DNA of 64,000 bases, from the NCBI GenBank assembly GCA_035651775.1, contig DASREY010000229.1, positions 5,507 to 69,506 of the forward strand, read 5' to 3'. The notes under the pieces were generated by a model. The model had not been told where the DNA came from, did not search any database, and saw only the letters and a list, made by a program, of their open reading frames with translations. The translations under genes were made by a program, and so were the position numbers. Positions 57,479 to 64,000 of the stretch are shown one piece after another. Every line of letters starts with the position of its first letter. Positions within the stretch are counted from its first letter, which is position 1. The stretch is from Terriglobales bacterium (lineage in GTDB: Bacteria > Acidobacteriota > Terriglobia > Terriglobales > Acidobacteriaceae).

Positions 57479-59866
57479 CTAGCGATAAAGCAGATACGGC
57501 GTCCGCTGCTTCTCGAAGCTTTCTACCTCATCCTGCCAGTCTTCGGCAATGCGGCGGGGGTCTTCGCCGGCGACCAGGGCGTCGAAGGCCTTCTGATTGG
57601 CAAGGATCTGGATCATCCTGTCGATCTTGTAATCGTTGGGATAAAGCGTGCGCAGGGCCGAGGCCAGCTCAATTCCCATTTCGGGAGTATCCACGACATT
57701 GCGATCGGTCACGACCATGTTTACGCCCTGGCAAAGCTGGTTGGCATAGTTGCTGGCGGTCGGAGTAAAAGTGGTTGGCACAAAACGGATTCCGGCCAGA
57801 TCGCGGGCGTTGAGATAAGCGGCTAGCTGGCGGGAGTTGATCCAAGGCGCTCCTAAAACTTCAAAGGGGGTGTCAGTCCCCCGGCCTACGGAAACATTTG
57901 TCCCTTCGACCAGTGCCACGCCGGGATACAGCGTCGCTTCGTTCAGGCTGCGCAGATTCGGGGAGGGATTCACCCACATGACCGAAGTGGAATCGAACCA
58001 GTCGCCGCGCAGCCAGCCTTGCATGGGGACCACCGTGAGCCTGGCGCCAATCTTGCGCTCGCTATTGAACATGCGCGCCAGCTCGCCCATAGTCATGCCA
58101 TGGCGAACGGGTACAGGATGGTAGCTAGTAAAGAAAAGATGAGCAGAATCGGCAAGCGGACCCTGTACGACAACGCCGGTGATGGGATTGGGACGGTCGA
58201 GCACGATGACTTCAATTCCAGCCTTGGCCGCCGACTCTAGAAAAAAACCCATCGTGGTTTCATAGGTGTAAAAGCGGACGCCGGCATCCTGCAGGTCTAT
58301 CACGACTGCGTCCAGGTTCTTGAGCACGTCGAGCGATAGATGCCGCAGCGCATCGGTCGCGCCGTAAACGCTGTAGATAGGAACGTGCGTGGCAGCATCC
58401 ACGGAATCTGCCACGTCGGTCGTATCCAACTGGCCAGTCGCGCCGTGCTCGGGAGCAAAAATTGCGGCCAACTGAATCCCCGGCGCTTGGGAGAGAACGT
58501 CAATGGTGCGGCGTCCCTGGGCGTCAACTCCGGTCTGGTTCGTTAGCACGCCAATGCGGCGTGGGGTTGGACTTTTTGAATTCCGCAATGAAGAAAAATT
58601 CTGGGCCTCAAGCACATCAATTCCCGTCAGGACCGAGCCGTTGCGTCTGGTCAGCCGCCTCTCGCCGGCCAGGGTTTCGTTGTAGCCGGTAATGGCGGCG
58701 AGTTTGGCCTTGTCTTCGTCTTTGACGTCGAGTTGCAGGGCGTCGGCAACGGCGGTGGCCACGCGGGAGCGCAGCGAGACGGTGCTCGCGCCGCCGCGAG
58801 GGTGCACGGCGTTGCTCAGGATCATGATGTAGGTCTGGGTGAGCGGGTCGATCCAGAGAGAGGTCCCGGTAAATCCGGTATGGCCGAAGGAGCCGATGGG
58901 TAGCAAGTCGCCGCGGTTGCTGGCAAAGGGAGAATCAATATCCCATCCCAGACCGCGGAGAACTGTGGAATTGGCGGGCTGCTGCGGCGTGGTCATCTTC
59001 TCGATAATTTCCGGGGAGAGGATCTTGTCGCCATCGAGCAACGCCTGGGCGAAGCGGCTGAGATCATCGGCCGTGGAAAACAGACCGGCATGGCCGGCGA
59101 TGCCTCCCATGCGACGCGCGCGAGGATCGTGCACTACGCCGCGCAGCATGACACCGCGCTCGTCATATTGTGTAGGCGCGATTTGCGGCAGCCACGACTG
59201 CGGAGGCAGAAACGTGGTGTGCGCCATGTGCAGCACCCGGAAGATATGGGCTTCCGAGTATTCCTTCAACGACATGCCCGAGAGGCGCTCGACTAGGGCG
59301 CCCAAAACGATGTAGTTGGTGTCGCTGTAATGAAATTGCGAGCCGGGCGGTGAAATGGGCTTTTCATCAAAGGCCAGCTCGAAGGCCCGCTGCTTGCCCT
59401 GCCAGGGCGGGTTGAGATCAATGTCGTCGCGCAGTCCGGAAAAGTGAGTCAGCAATTGGCGGATGGTGATCTCTTCTTTGCCATTGCGTCCGAATTCGGG
59501 AAGATAGTGGGCCACGGGATCGTTCAGCCTTATCTGTCCGAGCTGGACCATGCGCATGATCGAAGGCGCGGTGGCGATGGATTTGGTAAGCGAAGCCAGA
59601 TCGAAGATCGTGTCCAGCGTCATGGGCTCGCGGCGGGGCTCAAGCGAGCGAGAGCCAAAGGCGCGGCGATAGACGACTTCACCTTTATGCCCGACCAGAA
59701 CGACCGCGCCGGGGATTTGTCCGGTGGCAACGGCTTGTTCGATGATATTGTCCACGGTGGCGAAGCGCGGGTCGCGCTTTTCACCTTCATCCCCCAGGGC
59801 AAATGAGCCGAGCAACAAGACGAAACTGATAACAAGAAGGACAGACGAAGTACACCTTTTGCGCAT
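57479..59866 (-). CDS. Fusion protein: beta-lactamase-family serine hydrolase (N) plus DUF1343/NamZ-like exo-beta-N-acetylmuramidase (C)
   Basis: 795 aa; signal-like N-terminus. SLTKS (SxxK) with a YSDTNY motif, then RRIGVLTNQTGVD and the rest of a DUF1343-like domain. Confidence 0.85.
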   Translation of the reverse strand: MRKRCTSSVLLVISFVLLLGSFALGDEGEKRDPRFATVDNIIEQAVATGQIPGAVVLVGHKGEVVYRRAFGSRSLEPRREPMTLDTIFDLASLTKSIATAPSIMRMVQLGQIRLNDPVAHYLPEFGRNGKEEITIRQLLTHFSGLRDDIDLNPPWQGKQRAFELAFDEKPISPPGSQFHYSDTNYIVLGALVERLSGMSLKEYSEAHIFRVLHMAHTTFLPPQSWLPQIAPTQYDERGVMLRGVVHDPRARRMGGIAGHAGLFSTADDLSRFAQALLDGDKILSPEIIEKMTTPQQPANSTVLRGLGWDIDSPFASNRGDLLPIGSFGHTGFTGTSLWIDPLTQTYIMILSNAVHPRGGASTVSLRSRVATAVADALQLDVKDEDKAKLAAITGYNETLAGERRLTRRNGSVLTGIDVLEAQNFSSLRNSKSPTPRRIGVLTNQTGVDAQGRRTIDVLSQAPGIQLAAIFAPEHGATGQLDTTDVADSVDAATHVPIYSVYGATDALRHLSLDVLKNLDAVVIDLQDAGVRFYTYETTMGFFLESAAKAGIEVIVLDRPNPITGVVVQGPLADSAHLFFTSYHPVPVRHGMTMGELARMFNSERKIGARLTVVPMQGWLRGDWFDSTSVMWVNPSPNLRSLNEATLYPGVALVEGTNVSVGRGTDTPFEVLGAPWINSRQLAAYLNARDLAGIRFVPTTFTPTASNYANQLCQGVNMVVTDRNVVDTPEMGIELASALRTLYPNDYKIDRMIQILANQKAFDALVAGEDPRRIAEDWQDEVESFEKQRTPYLLYR

Positions 59867-60049
59867 AATGTGTCTGGTCTTTTATAAAGCCGCAGGGATA
59901 TTCCGGCAAGGGCACGGAAATCGCTGCGTGTAGAATAGAGATTCCGTTGAAAGGAACGGTCCTACGCACTGCAACCCTGGAATAATCCTGTTTCCCTGAA
60001 GAATGCCTACGGTGGGCAAGCACAACGCTTTGCACGCGCCTTCGAAATA

Positions 60050-61072
60050 TTGAAGCAGGGTATCGCAGAATCTGCCTTCCCCGGTGCGTCCGTAGCCGTG
60101 ACCCATCGCAATGAATTGGTCGCTTTGGCTGGAGTGGGCCATTTCACTTATGATGCAGAGGCCCCGGCCGTAGACGAAAATACAATTTATGACCTCGCCT
60201 CTGTAACCAAAGTCATCGCAACTACGACGCTGATCATGATTCTGCATGAGCGGCGAAAGCTGCGCCTGGATATGCCGGTCAAAGAGGCCATTCCTGAATT
60301 TGCGGGCAACGATCCGCGGCGGGAGCAGGTGACGATCAGGATGCTGTTAAACCATACCTCCGGATTGCCCGCCTACCTGCGACTGTTCGAGCAGGCCCAT
60401 GATCGGGAGCGGCTGGCGGAGACCGCCTTTCGCGCTCCTCTTACCGCGGATCCGGGAACGCGCGCCGACTATAGCGATATTGGCTTTATTATCCTGGGTG
60501 AATTGCTGGCGCGCACCACGGGTGAGCCTTTGGAAATCTCGTGCCGTAAAGAGATTCTTAAGCCGCTGGGAATGCGTACAACTACCTACAATCCTCCGCT
60601 GAGTTGGAAGCAACGGATTCCGCCTACGGTGAATGATCGCTCGTTCCGCAAGCGGGTTGTGCACGGAGAAGTGCACGATGAGAATGCCAGCATCTTGCGA
60701 GGAGTCTCGGGCCACGCCGGCCTGTTCGCCAGCGCCCACGATGTCGCCCTGTTTGCGCAATGCATGCTCGATGGAGGAGCGCCGATTCTCAAGCAAGAAA
60801 CGGTGGGATTATTCACCGCGCGCGATACTTCCACACCAGGCTCGTACGCGCTGGGCTGGGATACGCCTTCGGCGCCCTCGCAATCGGGAAAACATTTCTC
60901 GCCAAAATCCTATGGACACCTGGGCTATACCGGGACTTCGCTCTGGATTGATCCCGAACGACAACTCTCAGTGACATTGCTGACCAACCGCACCTGGCCC
61001 GACCGCGCTTCAGACAAAATCAAAACGGTGCGCCCGGCCTTCCACGATGCGATACTGGAAGCTTTGGTATGA
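60050..61072 (+). CDS. Beta-lactamase-related serine hydrolase, no signal peptide
   Basis: 340 aa; TTG start. FPGASVAV, SVTKV (SxxK), YSDIGF, HLGYTGTSLWIDP. Confidence 0.85.
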   Translation: MKQGIAESAFPGASVAVTHRNELVALAGVGHFTYDAEAPAVDENTIYDLASVTKVIATTTLIMILHERRKLRLDMPVKEAIPEFAGNDPRREQVTIRMLLNHTSGLPAYLRLFEQAHDRERLAETAFRAPLTADPGTRADYSDIGFIILGELLARTTGEPLEISCRKEILKPLGMRTTTYNPPLSWKQRIPPTVNDRSFRKRVVHGEVHDENASILRGVSGHAGLFASAHDVALFAQCMLDGGAPILKQETVGLFTARDTSTPGSYALGWDTPSAPSQSGKHFSPKSYGHLGYTGTSLWIDPERQLSVTLLTNRTWPDRASDKIKTVRPAFHDAILEALV

Positions 61073-61085
61073 ACGACGAAATCTA

Positions 61086-62006
61086 ATGAGCCCTCGTAAC
61101 CAGCTCCACAAACTCAGCACAGAGCAGCGCAACCGGGCCTCCCGGCATCTGGATTTGCGTTCGGCAGCCGAGATTGCCCGAATCATCAACCGCGAGGACC
61201 GCAAAGTGGCCGCGGCTGTAGCCCATGCGTTGCCACAGATCGCCCAAGCTATGGAAGCGATTGCGCGCACGATCGGCGCAGGCGGCCGTTTGATCTACGT
61301 AGGCGCGGGTACCAGCGGACGATTGGCGGCCCTCGATGCCGCCGAGTGCGCTCCAACATTCAATATCGATCCGAAGATTGTGCAATACGTGATGGCGGGC
61401 GGAGATAGAGCGCTGGGCCGGGCGACAGAATCGAGTGAAGACTCACGCCAGGAGGGAGAACGGGACCTGGCCAGGCGCAGGCCGACCCAACGCGACGTGG
61501 TGGTTGGACTGGCTGCCAGCGGATGCACTCCCTACACCGTCGCTGCCCTGCAGCTTGCACGCAAACGCGGCTCTTACACCATCGCTGTGACCTGCAATTA
61601 CAATACACCGCTGGCTCGGGTCGCCGATATCGCAATTGTGGCCGCCGTCGGACCCGAGGTGGTCACGGGTTCAACCCGCTTGAAGGCGGGCACCGCACAA
61701 AAACTGATCTTGAACATGCTCACCACGGGCGCCATGACGCGCCTGGGATATGTTTTTGACAACCTGATGATCAACGTCACGCCGAAAAACTCAAAGCTGA
61801 CCGAGCGCGGCATCGGCATTCTGCAAACTATGGCCAAGGTATCGCGGGCGCAAGCCGTGCGGGCCCTCAAAGCCTCGGGAAAGAGCGTTCCTGTGGCGCT
61901 GGTCATGTTGCTGGGCGGAGTGCAGCGACCCGCGGCCGAGAAGCTATTGCGGAGCGTCAGGGGCAATGTGCGGCAGGCGGTGGAAGCGGCGCTGGACAGC
62001 AGGTAA
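61086..62006 (+). CDS. murQ: N-acetylmuramic acid 6-phosphate etherase
   Basis: ORF 61047 trimmed to ATG 61086. LSTEQRN, GRLIYVGAGTSGRLAALDAAECAPTF (SIS domain). Confidence 0.92.
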   Translation: MSPRNQLHKLSTEQRNRASRHLDLRSAAEIARIINREDRKVAAAVAHALPQIAQAMEAIARTIGAGGRLIYVGAGTSGRLAALDAAECAPTFNIDPKIVQYVMAGGDRALGRATESSEDSRQEGERDLARRRPTQRDVVVGLAASGCTPYTVAALQLARKRGSYTIAVTCNYNTPLARVADIAIVAAVGPEVVTGSTRLKAGTAQKLILNMLTTGAMTRLGYVFDNLMINVTPKNSKLTERGIGILQTMAKVSRAQAVRALKASGKSVPVALVMLLGGVQRPAAEKLLRSVRGNVRQAVEAALDSR

Positions 62007-62104
62007 AACTGCGCGGCGGCATAGGCTTCAGTCCCATTCCGGAGCAAATTCCTCGTACAATAACTTAGCCACGGCGGAAGTCTGAAAACCACAGGAAAAC
62101 GACA

Positions 62105-63421
62105 ATGGATAAATTCGTCATTCGCGGCGGGAATCCGCTGCTGGGAACGATTCGCGTAAGCGGCGCAAAGAATGCCGCTCTTCCCGCCATGGCTGCTGCC
62201 CTGCTCACCGATGAACCCGTGATTCTGGAAAATATTCCGGACGTGCGTGATATCGAGACCACGCGCAAACTTTTGGTGGCCATGGGCGCCGAAGTGGAAC
62301 TGGGCTACGGGCGCGCTCATCACCGCACCACGATCAACTGCAAAAACCTGAGCACCACGCCTGAAGCCTCTTACGAACTGGTGAAGACCATGCGCTCCTC
62401 CACGCTGGTTTTGGGGCCGTTGGTGGCGCGCACCGGGTGCGCGCGCGTTTCCCTGCCCGGAGGCTGCGCCATTGGAGCGCGTCCTATTGACTTGCATATC
62501 AAGGGTCTGGAACGGCTGGGCGCAGCCATTACCCAGGAGCACGGCTACGTGGAGGCCCGCGCTGAACGCCTGCGCGGCAATCGCATTGTTTTTGACAAGA
62601 TCACAGTCACCGGCACCGAAGACCTGATGATGGCCGCGGCCCTCGCCGAGGGCGAAACCATGATGGAAAATTGCGCCCGCGAACCAGAGGTTTCAGATCT
62701 GGCAGCGCTGCTCAGCAAGATGGGCGCAAAGATTGAAGGCGCGGGGACCGGGACGATCCGCATTCAGGGAGTGGAAAGGCTACGTGGCGCGCGCCATCGT
62801 ATTATCCCTGACCGAATCGAGGCCGGAACCTTCATCATCGCTGGAGCGCTTACCGGGGGCGATTTGATGGTCGCCAACTGCGATCCCAAACATCTGGGCG
62901 CACTGCTGCAAAAACTGCAGGAGGTCGGCATCACCATTCATGAATCACAGGATGCGGTGCGCGTAATTGCCGGAAACCGCAATTCCATCAAGGCCGTGGA
63001 CATGAGCACGGAAGAGTATCCCGGCTTCCCCACCGACATGCAGGCGCAATATATGACCCTGGCCACCCAGGCCGACGGCACTTCTATCGTTACGGAAAAT
63101 ATCTTCGAGAACCGTTTCATGCATGCGCAGGAGCTGGTACGCATGGGAGCCAATATTAAGATTGAAGGACGGCGCGCTGTAGTGCGGGGAAAAACCCCGC
63201 TAAGCTCGGCTGCGGTCTTGGCTTCGGATTTGCGCGCCTCCGCATCATTGGTCCTGGCGGCGCTGGTGGCCGATGGCGAAACCATCATTGACCGCGTCTA
63301 TCACATTGACCGCGGCTATGAGCGCATTGAAGAAAAACTGCGGGGTGTGGGAGCGCAGATGAAGCGGATCGGTGAAATGTTCTCGCGCAAAAGCAGCGCA
63401 CTACCGGTAGGAACAAATTAG
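62105..63421 (+). CDS. murA: UDP-N-acetylglucosamine 1-carboxyvinyltransferase
   Basis: 438 aa; [42 protein letters not shown] (active-site Cys). Confidence 0.96.
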   Translation: MDKFVIRGGNPLLGTIRVSGAKNAALPAMAAALLTDEPVILENIPDVRDIETTRKLLVAMGAEVELGYGRAHHRTTINCKNLSTTPEASYELVKTMRSSTLVLGPLVARTGCARVSLPGGCAIGARPIDLHIKGLERLGAAITQEHGYVEARAERLRGNRIVFDKITVTGTEDLMMAAALAEGETMMENCAREPEVSDLAALLSKMGAKIEGAGTGTIRIQGVERLRGARHRIIPDRIEAGTFIIAGALTGGDLMVANCDPKHLGALLQKLQEVGITIHESQDAVRVIAGNRNSIKAVDMSTEEYPGFPTDMQAQYMTLATQADGTSIVTENIFENRFMHAQELVRMGANIKIEGRRAVVRGKTPLSSAAVLASDLRASASLVLAALVADGETIIDRVYHIDRGYERIEEKLRGVGAQMKRIGEMFSRKSSALPVGTN

Positions 63422-63428
63422 CACTGTT

Positions 63429-63734
63429 TCATAAGTTAATTCCTAAAAGCGAACTGGCCAGCACGATCAGCAGGACCACAAAAGAAATCAGCACGTATTT
63501 CCAATCGCGGGCGTGGAGATAGACGACCAAAAGCGTCACGATGCGCACCACAGGTGTCGCCATGAGGACCAGCACCCCGACGCGCATCACCTGAAGGCCA
63601 ATCGGTCCTGGGAATGCCGCCCAAAGCAGCAACCCGAGCAGCAGCAGAGCGACAGAACCATAGGCTCCGATGCGCAAGATGAGCGCAACCGTATGATCGA
63701 TGTTAGATTTTTGCGGAGACCTTTCGGGCAGCAT
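63429..63734 (-). CDS. DUF1634 membrane protein
   Basis: 101 aa; three hydrophobic segments. 1-nt overlap with the upstream TauE-like gene (TAATG), the usual pairing. Confidence 0.75.
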   Translation of the reverse strand: MLPERSPQKSNIDHTVALILRIGAYGSVALLLLGLLLWAAFPGPIGLQVMRVGVLVLMATPVVRIVTLLVVYLHARDWKYVLISFVVLLIVLASSLLGINL

Positions 63735-64000
63735 TAATTCAGACCTCCGGAGGCGATCCGCAGCGCCATCTGAACCGCCAGGAAGATCATTACTCCAATC
63801 AATAGAAACTGCACGTAAGCGGCACGTATGTGCGGGGCCAATCGGGCTCCCAACATGGATCCGGAAAACACCCCGATAACTAATGGCACAACGACGTCGA
63901 GGCGAATGTCGCCATGACCATAATAGATATAGGCGCTGGTAGCAGCAGTCACGCCAATCATGAAATTGCTGGTGGCGGTGGCGACTCGCAGAGGAACTCC
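63734..64000 (-). CDS. TauE/SafE-family sulfite exporter, C-terminal part; gene starts beyond the right window edge
   Basis: The reading frame is open to the window edge. C-terminal TM segments PLVIGVFSGSMLGARLA...LLIGVMIFLAVQM resemble TauE. Confidence 0.7.
   Translation of the reverse strand, partial: GVPLRVATATSNFMIGVTAATSAYIYYGHGDIRLDVVVPLVIGVFSGSMLGARLAPHIRAAYVQFLLIGVMIFLAVQMALRIASGGLN

Noticed and set aside
61598-62542. 314-aa minus-strand ORF
   Set aside because: Antisense to murQ and murA, both confidently identified.

Overview
Gene-dense core-chromosome segment, probably from an Acidobacteriota (Terriglobia-like) bacterium. That assignment is an inference from gene architectures and the intergenic repeats; no marker gene is present. 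I support about 59 protein-coding features after trimming starts and discarding antisense shadow ORFs. They include hisA at the left edge and three ORFs below the track cutoff. Left to right: (1) a translationally coupled minus-strand his operon, hisI-G-D-C-B-H-F-A; (2) thioredoxin-like, SDR and Lon-N genes; (3) a ChlI-like AAA+ / VWA pair; (4) a glycan cluster: CmoB-like methyltransferase, glycosidase, three glycosyltransferases, GDE-type glucosidase; (5) a sigma-54 module; (6) PadR plus a membrane-anchored hydrolase; (7) DapA-like gene, dipeptidase, carA-(lipoprotein)-carB, O-methyltransferase; (8) an aspartate-family operon, lysC-thrC-thrB-hom-asd; (9) SIMPL, PCD, an HD-GYP response regulator and an ECF sigma; (10) envelope and peptidoglycan genes: glmU, yvcK-like, lepB, beta-lactamase::NamZ fusion, murQ, murA. 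I saw no rRNA, tRNA, CRISPR, transposase, integrase or phage genes. Most interesting signals: (a) two textbook-style leader-peptide attenuators not in the ORF track, a His-run leader before hisI and an all-ACA Thr-run leader before lysC, each with a terminator and a competing antiterminator pairing; (b) a clan GH-A glycosidase whose motif order indicates a circular permutation, inside a methyltransferase/glycosyltransferase/GDE cluster; (c) a GG-N10-GC sigma-54 promoter upstream of a secreted glycine-zipper protein next to a bEBP; (d) a pervasive family of period-7 tandem arrays with differing unit sequences, often in inverted pairs, filling intergenic and intra-operon spacers. All functional calls rest on motif recognition by eye. 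No database search was run.
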